Both the position numbers and the translations under genes were made by a program. A stretch of DNA of 63,318 nucleotides, counting the filler, from Choristocarpus tenellus KU-1152 (Eukaryota; Protista; Phaeophyceae): NCBI GenBank assembly GCA_964200185.2. It is 10 parts of 10 records of this genome, joined end to end, with 100 filler letters (N's around TTAATTAATTAA, not from the genome) between each part and the next. Parts side by side here need not be neighbours in the genome. Positions count along the whole stretch, not along the records: positions 37,600 to 44,624 come from CAXNAD020006834.1; positions 44,725 to 50,976 come from CAXNAD020008566.1; positions 51,077 to 55,349 come from CAXNAD020015349.1; 7 more parts are not named here. One strand, written 5' to 3'. The notes below the pieces were generated by a model. That model was not told the origin of the DNA. It saw only the letters and a program-made list of their open reading frames with translations, and did not search any database. Below are positions 37,842 through 52,315 of this stretch, one piece after another (the first letter of the stretch is position 1; each line of letters starts with the position of its first letter).

Positions 37842-40800
37842 ATTTTGGCATCTCAGCAGAGGACCACTCACTGTATTGACCCGTTTGATTGCATTTCTTG
37901 ACATGTGCTTCCGTTCCCTGAGAATACACCAGATCATAGAATTTCTAGTAGTACAGTATCTAGCATACGTACCGAACACTCCTCCAAGGTGCATAGCTTA
38001 CTTTGTCGGCCAAGGCGAAAGATATGTTTGTAGGTATGGTTCATGGAGGAAATAATTTGTTTTCAAATGACAACTTCTAAAAAATAAAATCGTCAAGACG
38101 TTTAACTGACAACAAAATGGGTCAATTACAGCGCAGAGGCCCAGTGCAGGGACTTACACTCCTCGTACTGTAGATAATGAAGAAATTAATCCTCTGACAC
38201 AATACAACTTTCCACCGACAATTGAGCGATGGCAGAAGCATTTGCTGGTGGAATTCAGCAGTCACATCACATTGCAAGTACTTGGAAGATCAGCAACCTT
38301 TGACCATACAGCGTTTGAAGCCAGCAATCATAACTATCTATGCAATACACCCATATTTCATCGCCACGTCACGGCACAATTCTGTAGGCAAAATGTACAT
38401 TTCCCCTCTACACACATAACATGAGCCCACCATCCATACCCTAAAGGCGCATTCCGACTTCATGGGGCAAAAAGAAATTTCTTGCCATTTATTGAGACTT
38501 GTACATGTAAGAGTGGAATGCTGGGGTGGTACCTCATCTTGCACTCAACCTTAACCCTATCGACATCGCTCACCCTTTGTCTTGCAGAGATGATTTTCTT
38601 GTCGTCTGTATTGACTTATGTCGTCCATTGATTCAACAATGTGATAAAATTAGAGGAATTTCCTTACTGGTCATGAGCAGGGACAGAGGCCGAATTGTAA
38701 TAATTCGACAACTTGACAAAGAGGTGCTGAAAGGTATCGTGAAATAACCTCTCAACACCTCCCTTTCAATGCCCCCGATTTCAGCAGTGAATATTGGGCA
38801 CTACCCTTCTTGTTTGGGAATTTCCCTTGACATTGTGCCTCAAAAAGGTGTGTTCTGACTCCGAAGAATGGTGCCTAACCTCTCAAGGGAAAGTACATGT
38901 ATTTGTACCAAGTAATGCTGTCTTTCCTATTCTTTCAAATTGAAGTAATATGCTTCTAGTTATTGTTAGGCGTCCTCGTGGCACAGGGTGACTTTAAAAG
39001 GCGTCGAAACCTGCAAGCAAAAACATGAGCGACTAAGTGGTGTGTGAGAAGACCCAGGCTCGCAGGAAATGCCTGCCTCTCACGCACGCCTTGATAAATA
39101 TACCACCAAGTAGGGCATAAATAGGAGTTTAGCATGTAAAATGCTTAACATTATATATGATCTATTATGAAGTTTGTAGTAACATCTTACTTGGTAGAAG
39201 GTCAATGAAATCCTACCTGTTCGCATCGTAACAAGGTTTCAACACAAAATCCATTACCGCTCTTGTTCTTATATCTGTATGGTAGTACATGATGACAAGG
39301 CAAATCAAATCTTGCTTGTGTATGATCAACTTCACGAAATATACATACTCACAAATCCATACATGGTCGTCACAGTCAAGATCGACAAATAAATCAGGCA
39401 TACCAAAAACCAGAAGCAAAAACATGAATTGCATGGCTATACTCTACCCTACACATTGGGCACTTGCCTAAGAAGCTTACATCCTGATATTCTGGTCAAG
39501 ACCAGTAACTGGCTTGCTTTCGAAACAGAGTATCTCCTGTAATTTTCAAGACAATGACCGAAATGTTCGGGGCTTTTCGTCGAGTTGGGCAATTAGAGTG
39601 TCCACTATCGGCCGTATGATCGCGGGTCTGTCCGTGGCCCGACCATGTTGAAACGGTCCGTGGCCATGGACTCCACCATATTAATGATTTTCGGTAAGAG
39701 TGATCAGGTAATATTTTTTTACGATCAGGTTAGCCACATCATCGACATGCCTCTTATTTTATAGTTTACAACTCTTCTTGAATATTGTATCAAATTTCTA
39801 CAGCTACTAAATATATTGTATATAGAGTTCTATATTATTTCCATTATTTAACTTAATATAGCTATAAATTCAATATAAATTCCTTGTTGGGAGTTGAAGG
39901 TGATTTGTGATCTATTTGTGTGTATATCTCTTATTCACACTTCTACAACACCTAGTGGATATGGTCCGTACACGCCGGAAAAAAATTGAACTGATGGACG
40001 ACCATAGTCTGGACATGCAAGGAAAAAAGTTAGACTGGCTGGGCATGGCCCGTTAAAATATCCTGTGGACATGGTCTGGAGATGTTAGACAATGTTTGAT
40101 CTGGTTAGGCGGCCATACATTGACTGGTTCAATAATACCTAGTGCACATGAACCAAAACATTAAAAATAATTGTAGGATCAAAGCGGACATGTACGAGGA
40201 CTGATTATATACCTGGTAGTAGACATGTACTGGGACTTGGTAAAATGATTTTGGGACTGGTCCACCTGGTGCTCGCAACTTCATTAGTTTGATGCCTGGT
40301 GAAAATACCTCCAAATTTAGAGGGTGAGACAATGCTTGATCTTTGTGAAAGGACTTCTCTACAATTCCTTTATAATTACCATTATTAAGAATAGATAAAA
40401 AATACTTCATCAAAGCGAGTATCCCACTATATTTCGTATCAACTCAAAAGATTCAGGTAGTTGTTCTGACACTTGAAACGCCAACAGTGAAAATATATGT
40501 AATACTATCAAGATGAACATGGCTCTATGGTTGTTTTAGGCTGTGAGTCAATGGCAAACCGCATTATTGACAGCAAATTTCACCTTCACCATGGCTATGC
40601 CCGACCAACTCCATCCACATTCAAGTCATAAAAAAATGTTTTTCATTTTCAAACTTTGGCCTTCCATCTGTCCACATATATTTTCCTATTTTGTCATTGA
40701 GTGTTATGCAATGACGACACGTGCAGGGGTGGGATCATTCTGTAGTTGCAAAAGGTTTTGCCTTGTTTCTTGTGGGTTATGAGAGTGCAAAGTAAATGAA

Positions 40801-41699
40801 AGGACTAACCGCCAGACAACAATGACTGCATATCTCTCATGGCACAAAAAGACATATAAGCCAGTAAGAGATAAAAACATGTACATTGTCAGGTTCATCA
40901 CCCGTTTCACATACCATACAAAGCCTGCCTCCCCACTACAGAGCGACGTCACCCCTTACATTGGAAGACATAATACATCCAGTTGGGTGACTATGTATGT
41001 AAATTAACAGTCTCACCCTCCACACTTCCAGCCTCAAAAGATTGATATATTCATACCATCCAACTATAAATAATCCTCTTTAAATACATAGGAGCATCAA
41101 CAATTCAGACAAAAATAGCTCTTTCTGTGCTCCCTTTGCTGAATGAACCATGCATCACCAACAAAAAAAAACTAACCCATTCTCTTCCTGTCCTTCAAAC
41201 GTTACTGGTAGGCCTCACAGTAACAATTTTCCCGTGCCAGAAATTTATTTGTCAAGTTCCAGACATCACTACCCCCACCCTACAGTATATAAATAATACT
41301 GTACATGACAAACAGAACGTATCAGACAAATCCATTATCTCATCTATCCAAACTCAGCAGTACATGAAGCATCGGCATGACTGACCATATTTTTAGAGAA
41401 GACCAATGGCCTCATTGTGAGTGAAGTGCCAAATAGACCATGGACCACCAAGCACTCAAAAAAAATTAATACATATGTGTACTATACCTAATCTCCACTT
41501 GATGCAACCCACAAAATATGTAAGGTGAACCCTTGTATTCCCCCAGCATAACCCCTGGGCCTCAAGGTAGTGCAGTACCAACATCAAGAAAGTGTCAAAA
41601 ACTGATGTAGCAACCTGTTGGCAGTAATCTCTCCAGCTTTTTCTTGCTTCCTGTAGGGTAAGTGTTACAACAGGTATAATCTTGAATAATTAGTACAAA

Positions 41700-44100
41700 C
41701 AACTGCATCATACACTGGTGGTTGATAAGGTAGTGATCAAAATATTGTGCCAGGGGTCAAATTCATTACTGTGAGCGTATGCAAAATGTTCGATCACACC
41801 AAATGCAAACTCGCGATCCACATCTTGTAGAAAAACCATACATCGTAGAAACATTTCAAATCTGCAGAAATATTCCCCGAGCATTGAAAATGGGCAAGAG
41901 GACTTGAGAAGAGGAATACGCCATACATCACCCAGCAAAATCCGAAAACAAAAAACAGTGGTAAAATCCAAAACTTGGGCACAGGAACATATTGCAGCAT
42001 TTCCTATATATCACCACCCAAATTCACCTCCTACACTCCAACATACACTAGAGATACGAGACTCCCTCAAAAATAAACAAAACACACATAATTAGAAAGA
42101 AGAGTAATGGAGTCCGTGGTTTAAAATATTTTCAATACATCACAAAGAAGTACTATCAAACCCATTGGGTGTTTAAAATGAACCAATGAAAAGGAAGCCA
42201 TGAAACCCCATTTCTACATTAAATGTATTTTGCACATTATGACATCAAAACAGTACCAACATTCAAGGGAAAATGTCCAAGAAAACAATTTCATTTTTGC
42301 AACACTACACCTCTGTATTGTGATTGACAAATCTTTCATGTGTCAGAAGAAACAATCATTAAGAGAAACACATACTCTTAAAAAGTGCACCCCAAGAGCA
42401 ATGATATCCTTCCAAAGACAAATTATCTCTCCCACACTATCATACACAAGTCCTGAACTATAACCTTTCACCTAAAGTTGTCCTACACTTGTCAACTCTA
42501 ACAGCCACAATTATGCTCTACCAATATCGAATAAATCATACCAAAAACACAACAAAAAACATATCTTACACCTTATGCACCGGAAACATTCCCCATCGAC
42601 GAGATATACCCAACACATAAATTACCTTGTCTTCCCATTTACAACATCAGAACCAACCACAAGACAGTTCAACTACATGACACAAAATCTCACAAATATC
42701 ATATATCTTGTCATCATTCCAACAAAGGTGCATGTTAACAGTAACAAGGGAGAGGGCCTGACCTGGTACACATATTCTTGGGGGTATGGGTATGTCACAA
42801 ACATACACAAGTCACATAAGAAGAGAACTCGAACAAAACACAAATCTGGACCACCTTCCAAACCTATCATTTTCACCCTACCCCTTCAAATATTCGAAAA
42901 CAGGCCTCTATACAAACGTCAGACCAACACAAAGTCCCTGCAAACAGCTAAGTCACACTTCAAACAAACAACAAAACAAACTTGGACTCCAACAAGATTG
43001 AAATATTGGCACTTCTCAAAACTATCTAACATTCATGGCATCAAAGAAAACATCTCTCCACCAAGGCTGTTCAATTATCAAGACATCACTACACTGCTCC
43101 TGCACCTCAAACCGTTTACTCTACAAACCCTATCAATATATTACGCTATTCTGGTTACACCCTAATAATCCAACCATTTCAAACTCACAAAAGAACTAGC
43201 ACCCAATTGTTTGCAGTCCAATTACATCTTACCAACCAGCTTGTTGCTGCTAAGATAACACTTCTTCAGTCCAACCAGTTTCCCAAGCTCCTTAGGAATG
43301 CGCCCTGTCAGGAATTAAAATATAAATGATTGGTCGTGCTTCCACATTAAAGATGCATCAGTCATGCTCCTCAAAAACATCAAGTCCACCCCATCCACAA
43401 TCATCTCGGACCAAAATATGTCAGCATGAAGTTATGCACACACAAACATATACGATTAGAACAGATGTGTGATACACTCTCAACGTACCTCAGCGTAAAG
43501 TATCCATAGAAATATCCATCCAAGCACATGCCGTCATGCACCTTCAAACTACTTAGATCTTTGCACCAGAATATCATACAAGGACTAAGTGGGGTATGAG
43601 GATATATAATTAAAGTTCTTACAACATAGTAAACGCAAGCCAAACATACCCTCAACAACCCCAACAAGACAACATACCACAATTTCCGTACGGGAAACAC
43701 ACACACTGAGGGTTATCTTCATCACAGAGTGGATCTCTTTGAGTAAATAACCAACTTGTCTACCCAACCATATCATCACCTCATAAAAATTCAATTGCTT
43801 CAACGAATGACACCTTGGTATACATTCGACCTTATCACTATGTGTTCTGAGTATCTCTGTGGAAGGGATAAAACACTCCAAACACTTGCATGACAGGAGA
43901 TCACACTATTCACACACTCCTCTAGGTCTAAGTTGCACCGGATGGTCCAGACCTCTAACAAAACCATGCTTGTACAGTATCCAATCCAAATACATAGAAA
44001 ATGGAATGCTGCAATAAGCTAAGAATCAGAATACATCCATACAAAAAACGTACCCCATAATTACTTCATCTACTGTCAAAATACAAACTATCTCTACCAA
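41700..44100 (-). mobile_element. Highly decayed coding-like element, possibly Plavaka-like
   Basis: Strong strand skew and broken reading frames such as IIEQPWWRDVFFDA and MIGLEGGPDLCFVRVLFLCD. The family is uncertain. Confidence 0.25.
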
Positions 44101-44624
44101 ATTATCATACACAAATATTACAATAAACCAAATACATTATGTTGGGTCCAACTAAGGTTATCCTACACGTGCCACCTTTACCAGACACCACCGTGCTCTA
44201 CCAACAACTAATACTTAACCACCAAAGTGAAAGTATCCAAGAGGGTACGAATTTTGCCCTGTTTGTCCATTCTGGGCTTGGCTTCCTACCTGTTTTTTAT
44301 GACATTTTACCTACTTCAAAATGTTTCGAAGTAGGCAAAATGTGTATGTTATAAAAATGTGCGTTCGGAACAAGGATATTGACTCTCCCTTACAAACACA
44401 ATAGGCAAAATTATATCAAAATCACCACAACGGGTTTTGACCCCCAAATGGACGCGGCTCTACCCTCTAAGATACTTTGACTCACCACCACCGTAGCAAA
44501 ACATATCTTACAACTTATGCACCGGAAACACTCCCCATCGACGAGATATACCCAACACATAAATTACCTTGTCTTCCCATTTACAACATCAGAACCAACC
44601 ACAAGACGGTTCAACTACATGACA
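42556..44624 (+). repeat. 127-bp direct repeat: 42556-42682 and 44498-44624, the second cut by the contig end
   Basis: 3 mismatches over 127 bp. Confidence 0.92.
44225..44483. mobile_element. MITE family A copy, TSD ACCA
   Basis: acca|AAGTGAAAGTATCC...AGATACTTTGACTC|acca. Confidence 0.9.
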
Positions 44625-45035
44625 NNNNNNNNNNNNNNNNNNNNNNNNNNNNNNNNNNNNNNNNNNNNTTAATTAATTAANNNNNNNNNNNNNNNNNNNN
44701 NNNNNNNNNNNNNNNNNNNNNNNNGGTGGGGTGTGGGATTTTGCAAAGTTTTAAAATTTTTTTTTTTTAATCAAGCTAATTAAAAAGGTCCCAAAACCCC
44801 CCCCCCCCCCCCCCCCTCGTTAGAATGATTTTTTGCTCTCATTTTGGAGGATGGAGTGTTTGTTGATGTGAATGGGGTGGTGCTGTTCTCCCTGTGTGAG
44901 TAGTTGTGCTTTTTTTTTTGGGATGTGGGTTTTGTGTTGAAACTGTTGGCGTGTTATCTTCGAAAACGAGTGTTTGGACACGCTAGTTGTAGTGCAGGGG
45001 TTGGGGTTAGGGAAATGGTTTTTGTAGGTGGCACG

Positions 45036-45074
<39 letters not shown>

Positions 45075-48000
45075 TTATACTGACCAAGAGGTACACACGA
45101 TCGCATCATCAGGATCGCTAGAAATGACCAGAAGACTTTTGTGTTAATTACAACAAATGACTTTTTGCTCAATCATGGTCAAATATTTTGTCAGCCTCCC
45201 TGTTTTTTTTTTTGGGGGGGGGTGGCCTTCTGTTGTGCACATTGAACATGAAAATAGGGTGTATTGCACGGAGGTTTACAATTGTTTGAAAAAAGTTCGA
45301 AGAGGATGTATCTATTTGTTAGCACGACTCTGATGTATCTAGAAAATTGATGGACTTGCTGTCTCTTGGAGCTGTTTTGCACTCCTGCTGTAAGTACTGC
45401 TGGGTGCTTCGTTGTGAGGGGGAGGATTTAAAATTGAGATGCTTTTGGCTTGTTTGTGTGTGTAAGTGATTCCTGTATGGTAATTTCATCAGCGTTACTT
45501 GATTTATAATTATTCTTGAATTATTTTTGTATTTTATTTGTGAGTTGAAAATGGAAGTCTTTCCAACTCCTGCAATAGCTTTGATTTGTTGATTTTTATC
45601 AGTTAATTGTGTGTGTGTGTGTGTGTATGTGTGTTTTGGTGTCTATCTTCACAATTTTCCCTTCAAGTTTGTAAGAAATGCTACTCATAGTATATGATTA
45701 CTGGCTTTATATTTTTGTGTTAAGAGTGGTAATATGTACAGCGTGATGTGCGTGGTGTATGTGCTCTTGATTTGTGAGAAATAGAACTTGTATTTGATCA
45801 TTGTGTGATATTTTTATATGGGCATAAGTAGTGCATAGTGTATGTACTGTATTTGCAATTGATTTGTAATAAAATCTTATTGGTAGTAAATGATAACTAT
45901 GTAATAGTGAAATGCTATTGTATTAATTGATATCAACTTTGCACGATCATCAACTACTAAAGTATTTTAATGTTGAACATATATATAAATACGTTTATCC
46001 TATTAAACTTGTAAGAAACATTACCGATAATGTGTAACTACATCATAGTATAATAATAGATAATGACACCAATGTTGAGTGATTTAGTACTACATTTAAG
46101 CAATAGTGGTGTTTGGTGGGGTTAGCATTCTTTTTTGTTATTGTAAGGAACTAGCTGACTATGTGAATGTGGGACCAAATTTGACATTCTCAGAAGTAGT
46201 TACTAACCTCGTGTGTATCCTTGCTCTTGGAGTAGGCGATGAGGTATGTGATACAAGAGTGAGTGAAGCCGCTCTTGTCTCCAGTTACCCGTGCGACTTT
46301 CCTTGGCCTGCTGTAGTAACTCGAGGCCCCCTTTTTTGTCTAGTTATATAACATAGGAAGGAGGTAAGCATGCACTGTGGAAAACACTGATGATTTAAAA
46401 AAAATGAAAGGTATGTTGATATCATTATTTTTATTTTTATTTCCACACTGCGAAGGCATTTCTAATGGCGTTACAGTGGGTTAGGGTTAGGATTAGGGTT
46501 AGGGTTAGAATAGGTAGATTTGGAAGTAGGACTATGCTGAGCTTTGAGGGTGGCCTCGTGGTGAGTTTTTTTTTTTGGCAAGACGGTCCGCCCTCCCAAG
46601 AAATTATGAAAGATGTGACAACCGCCTTGTGCATTCATTGCCTGCCCCTGCCCCACGAACTGTTCGAACTGATGCCAAACATGGGAAGCATGTGGTGTTA
46701 TGGTGAATACGCAGGATGTTGAAGGGGAACATTGTAATACTGTATATATAATGGAATATGCATAATAAATCAAGCAAAGGTTAGTTCATTTTGTTTGTTT
46801 GTTGTTGACCCTGTTAGATGTTGTACTTAAGTATTAAAGAGCAAGACTGAAAGAATGTCACAATGGAGAATGATGGAGTGTTTCGTACTATAATCTCAAC
46901 CTCAAGAGGGTACTCATTTTTTGATTTTGAAGAAGTGGGTGATGTTTGTATCAACCAGGGGAGAGTTGTGGTTCCAAGGACGTGTGCTATGTTGTGAAGC
47001 GTGTATCCGTTATCTCTCTGGTTATATAGACCCCTTGTTCAGAAGTGCATCAAGTACACAACCTCTTGTTCACTTGGCTCACTCTGTGGGCATGCAGGGA
47101 GGGGGGAGGGCTGCTGCTTCTGTCGGTCTATGTATATGGTACGATAACCAATTGGAAATTTCCTGGTGTGGTAGAAACTGAATCCTGAGAATGATCTACT
47201 GTTGTATTGTTGACACAGGCGTTTTTTCGGTTAGCTTGCTAGCTGTTTTTATGCTTGACTCGAGGATGGTAGACACCTTGCAGAGTATAGATACCTTTGC
47301 AATGGCACTGCAGGGGGAGGGAGAGGGGGAGGGGGGGTAGTGTACGTGATGAGGCACTAGGTACTGGGGAGGATAAAGGGGAAGAAGTGGAGGATCCTTG
47401 TATGATAATTACAGACCTTTGCTTTGGTCAGCTCTGATGTGTGTGTATGTTTGTGAAGTTGGAAGTAGCACGCCCTTTTCTTCTTTGTGTCCATTTAACA
47501 CTTGGAAAGGTTAAAATATAGTGTTAGGGTTGTGCTGAACACAGAGGTATGCGGGGATTGATTTGATTAGTGTTGTGACTTTGCTGAATAGAGGAAGTAT
47601 ATATATATATTTATTTTTTATTCTAAAATTCCACTCAACCATATTAATTAAAAAAAAATCCTTCTTGTGTGTAGCATCAAACAATATGACTTAACTTCCA
47701 TTTTTTATTATTGAGTTTGTTGATAGTATGTATCTCATATTTTTCTTTTGTTCCACTGAAATATATACATATTTTTTTTTTCTTTCTTCCCCCTCCCCCC
47801 CCCTCCCTATATATATATATATACAGGTGGTGGTTTTTGATGCAAGCATCCCCATCCAGCTGGCTTTCTATGCATTGGTAGAGCACGGTAAGCGATGGAT
47901 AGAATGGGTTGGGGTGGGAAAGGGGATACGTTTTTATTGAGAGGAAATTTCTGTTGATTTTGAACTGTTAAGACGAAAGATACGGCTGTACAAAAGAAGG

Positions 48001-49284
48001 CGGTTGCTGTTGAAATAGCTAGCAGTAGTCCTGGAAGTAGTAATTGCTCTGCTTGAAATTGGTACGTAGAATTGATCGATGACAGAGAATCAGCCAATCG
48101 GGAGCCTCCTTCCACGTAGAGCCCTTCCATTGGCCAGCCTGGTGTTGTATGCTGCGTGACTTGAGATGGTGATAATGCTCATCCCCGTTCTGAGACTGGG
48201 CCTTGGCCGTGGTTGAAGTTTTTGTGAAGCTGTACGTGTGTGATGACTCACTCGTCTCCCCTCTCCTTTTCAGCGTCCAGAAGTGTATACGCTTGTATTA
48301 TCCCCGTGGACGTGGGCTGTGAGTGCCGAAATTGTTGCTACTGTAGATGGAAGGGTCTCTCTTGTGTTTGTGTTTGTGTTTGTGTTTTGGGATTAGTGTT
48401 ACATGCTTGCTTTTGCTCTGATTACGCGATGGCTTCTATTGTCGTTTTGTTGGTTGTAGATCTAAGTGCAGGAGATGAATGAACCTTTTTTTTTCAACAT
48501 GTATGTATTTATGTATGTATGTATGTGTATCTCTTATGTTATAGTTATTCTTTAAACTCATTTTTTCTTTTTCTAAAAAAATTGATGATGTATGCGAGGA
48601 GTTTCTTCTTGTCCGTGTATTTTTGTTTTTATTTATTTTTCCTTGTGTGGCGGTGGTAGGTACGTCAAGTTGAGGTATGGTATTGAACATTTCAGATTTG
48701 TTGACAGTTGTTGACAATTACCTTGCAGCGGTGATGAAAGAGGAGAGGTGTTTTGTCCCACGTTTTTGTGGGTATAAAAAAATCGTATGTAGTCACTTTA
48801 GTTCACAATTATTGATAGTTTTGCCGCTGTGCGGTCTACTGATACAGCAGTGGTGGCTAGCGAAGTCTCTTTAAATTCATACATCAGGGATCTCTTTCTT
48901 ACTAGGCTCGATGATACTGATTGAAATAGTAGCAGTCCCAAGTCCTGGATGGGAAATAGTGTTGAGGTTTGGTTATGGGAATAGCAGGGTACCAATTGTA
49001 AGAGTGTCAGCTTTGGTGGAACGGCATGAGTAACCTTGAAAGAAGGTGGTGGTGGTATGAAGTGATTGAATACATTCCACCAGCAGTACCTGAATGTGTG
49101 TGTGTGTGTATACATGTTATATATTGACATTATACCTTCAAAACGTCGTAAGGTACCATCGATACCCCCAATATCTGATCAGCGAGAATGTCCTATTTGT
49201 CTTTCAAATCGTGGGCCTCATGACTCTTTGACCGTTTTTGGTACTGTGGTGGTTAGTGACATCATGTTGTGCATGCGTTGGCAA

Positions 49285-49332
49285 GGTTAGGGTTGGGGTT
49301 AGGGTTAGGGTTAGGGTTAGGGTTGGGGTTAG
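49285..49332 (+). repeat. Interstitial telomere-like (TTAGGG)n tract. Shorter tracts near 22522, 34828, 36464, 45000, 46478-46508, 57648, 58114, 61140
   Basis: About 8 units with TTGGGG variants. Confidence 0.88.
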
Positions 49333-49859
49333 TTGATGGTTTGGGCTGTTCGTAGTGACTCGTACAATATTATTATTTTGTGTCAGAAAATTGTTGTTTT
49401 GTCCGTCGACTTCCCCAAATGTTTAAAAAGGAATGGGTTACAGGAACAGGTTATTTTAGTCTTTAAAAACAAAAACAAAAAAAACTGGGAATTTTTGAAG
49501 CGTTGTATTTGTGGTTTGGTTAGGAACGGCTCTTTAGTGCAGGAAGTGTTTGTTGCGTTACGTATGAAAAGAGTTGAGACATCCGCTCTGTTGTGTTGTA
49601 CTACTAATAGAGAGTCCACATTTTTTTCTTTTTTCTTTTTTTTTGAGTCGGTGGGGGATGATGATGACGGCGCCGGTGCTGGTGGTAGCGGTGTCTTCTT
49701 CCATTTGTTGTAGACCAATAGAAAATCTGTTTTGTCCGTCCGAACCAATGGGATACGGGCACTCTCCATGATATTGTTGTATGTGCACCAATACGAAAAA
49801 ATGTGAGCGGTATTTTTGACCTGATGGGATGTAAGTAAGCATTGTGCACTGCTGCACAC

Positions 49860-49911
49860 AGCGCACCAATAGTAAATGCTTTTGTGTTGTCTTCTGCCAA
49901 TAAGATCCATT

Positions 49912-49942
<31 letters not shown>

Positions 49943-50517
49943 CTTCTTTTTGTTTTTGTAGGGGGGGTTGGGGGGGGGGTTGTTTTTTTTTTTTTTTTTC
50001 TTTTTTATTTTATNNNNNNNNNNCTGCTCCCCCCAGCCCCCCAATAGTAAATGTTTTTTTGTTTTTTTTTGCCAATAAGATCCCTTTGCCCCCCCCCCCC
50101 CCCCACCTTGTCTGTAGTTGTTGCAATAGTGAGTGTCAGGGTTAGAGTACACCTTTTTGTCGGCTGTCTTCCAATTAATTCAGCACCAATAGGCTGAGAC
50201 TAAGATTAGGACTAGGGGTGGTGTGTGGCAGGTGTGGAGTTATCCACTGAATATTGATCTTCTCCCCTCCCTGTCAAAGTGCCGTGCTCCCTCCCAAAGG
50301 CTGTTGATAATGTCTGTGATGGAGTGAAGCCATCGAGTTGGGGGGGAAGGGGGGGGGGGGGGGGGGGGGGGGTTTGTTGGTTTTGTCCCTTTTTTTTGTT
50401 GTTTTGAAGTACATTCTATTCCCCTTCCTTAAANNNNNNNNNNTTTTTCTACCCTTTATTTATTTCCCCCCCCCCCCCCTGACAGGGGGCCTCTCTCCCC
50501 GAGGGGGGGGTTGTGGT

Positions 50518-50575
<58 letters not shown>

Positions 50576-50640
50576 GGGTGATTGTTGATTATGTCCCTTT
50601 TTTTGAAGCTTTTGAAGTACATCCTATGCCCATTCCTGAA
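49860..50640. other. Low-quality scaffold region with poly-C/G runs, 10-N gaps and error-laden duplicates
   Basis: 49864-49920 recurs degraded at about 50040-50100, and about 50580-50640 recurs degraded at about 50372-50432, both beside long homopolymers. Confidence 0.85.
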
Positions 50641-51666
50641 ATGCAGTTAACCACCTCCTTAGGAGGGTATGAATGTATTGGAGAGATTGATGTTAAATCA
50701 TTTTTTTGACAAGAGTGCCATGCACAACATAGCTCAAAAGACATATTTTGAACAGGGGAGTCATAGGAACCTTTGGAACTAATTGTCATCTCCCTCTTGA
50801 ATGGTATCACTCATACCTTTTTAGTCCGGAAGGATTTCTCCTTGGTTATGAGTTAAGATCAGGGTTCATCCTCTGACTAGAGTGTAGTACTGTAAGTCCC
50901 CCCCCCCCCCTAAAGACCACGTGCATAGCACCATCGCTGAATGTACCCCTATCTAGATTTACGGCCACTGCTGCACNNNNNNNNNNNNNNNNNNNNNNNN
51001 NNNNNNNNNNNNNNNNNNNNTTAATTAATTAANNNNNNNNNNNNNNNNNNNNNNNNNNNNNNNNNNNNNNNNNNNNGGGATGGGGTAGGTTGGATAGCTA
51101 TGCCGCGGAGAATATTTTGGAGAGGTGGGGAGCCACAATCCGCTCGGTGCACCTCATCATGCCCACATCTTCCATTGCACAGTTCGCGCTCCCCAGGGTG
51201 GAGGAAGAGGATATCATAAGGTCGAAAGTGCCAGAGAGGGTTGTAAGGGGCTCAACCTACGCAGGGGAATGAGGGGTAGAGAAAACGACGTCTGGGCACG
51301 CTCCCCTCATTGAGGTTTTAGGGCCCTTACATATAGTTGGAGAAACCTGTGGTTGAGCAAGTTCTAGGAGAGATTCCGCTAGGAGGGATACACACTTTCA
51401 GTTCCTATCAAGTTGCGAACATCCTTTATAAATTACATATCATCATGGGAGACCTGTCCCATCTTGAAGAGCAACATTTCGAGTGTGATGGCGCTTACCG
51501 AACATCATGGCCAATGCAACTGGCCAATCCTAACCACGTATCTCCTGACAACATCTCTGGTGCGTCAATGGAAGTTTTAGCGACTTGGCTGTTTTCTTAG
51601 ACTAGGCAGCTTCTGATAATGTGCACAGCTAACCAAACACGTCCTCGAAGAGATCAGCACCCTCAC

Positions 51667-51792
51667 CTTCTGTGAGATGATGACAGGGTCAACATACTTT
51701 GTGTCGAGTCCAAAGCAGAGGTTGCTGATGCGCTTCGTGATCTTGTCAAAAAAGACTTCCTCACTCCGTCCATCACGCTTGACGACGAACAT
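51667..51792 (-). CDS. RRM1: Ribonucleoside-diphosphate reductase large subunit, exon 1 (ATP cone)
   Basis: [42 protein letters not shown]|gtgagg. Later exons were not found in this contig. Confidence 0.93.
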
Positions 51793-52315
51793 GATCGACT
51801 ACCAAATGATATGGCTTCTGACACAAGTTTTCCTATTAGAGCTTAGCGAGGGCCTACGGAAGAAAAGGCAAGGGCACGAAAAAGTATAGACCAGGGTGAG
51901 CAAGACTCGTCCTTTTTCGAAGGTCGAAGGTCTCGAAATAGAGAGGATTCGTAACTGTGAACAGCATTGCTGCCGATATAAGTCCTTTTCAGATCTCACC
52001 TGTATTTCTATGAGGTCTAGATGAGCTATCGAGGATCTTGCCTAGCACCAACAGGATTGGCGCTCTTTTTGTAGTGAATGCTTTCAAAGTATATAGAGGA
52101 CATTAAATTTAAATCGAGCACGTCCGATTTCTCGTTTGTCCCACCTTGAAATATTTTTGTTTTTATCGAAAACTTCAAAAATCAGTCGGTTTGGATTGCT
52201 ATCTCCATACACAGTAGTAGTTCAAAGCAAAACAAACCCAACATAGAGGGCTGCACAGTCCCAGAAAGGGGAGGACTGCTGCAGGGTACAAGCAAAGATT
52301 ATAGTGAACGAAGGG

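Noticed and set aside
37860-39470. Minus-strand exon-like pieces resembling a hAT transposase
   Set aside because: There are many stops and no diagnostic motif that I can state with confidence.
42575-43165. 196-aa plus-strand ORF
   Set aside because: Its T/K/H/Q bias reflects C/A strand skew opposite a decayed element, and it has no domain or splice support.
47807-48330. Possible exon(s) in contig 7
   Set aside because: No consistent splice model or recognisable motif on either strand.
49604-50709. Poly-Gly/Pro/Lys ORFs and local duplications
   Set aside because: They derive from homopolymer sequencing errors around small gaps.
51667-51792. RRM1 as evidence of an integrated giant virus
   Set aside because: It has a spliceosomal donor and a host-like sequence, and no viral core genes are nearby.
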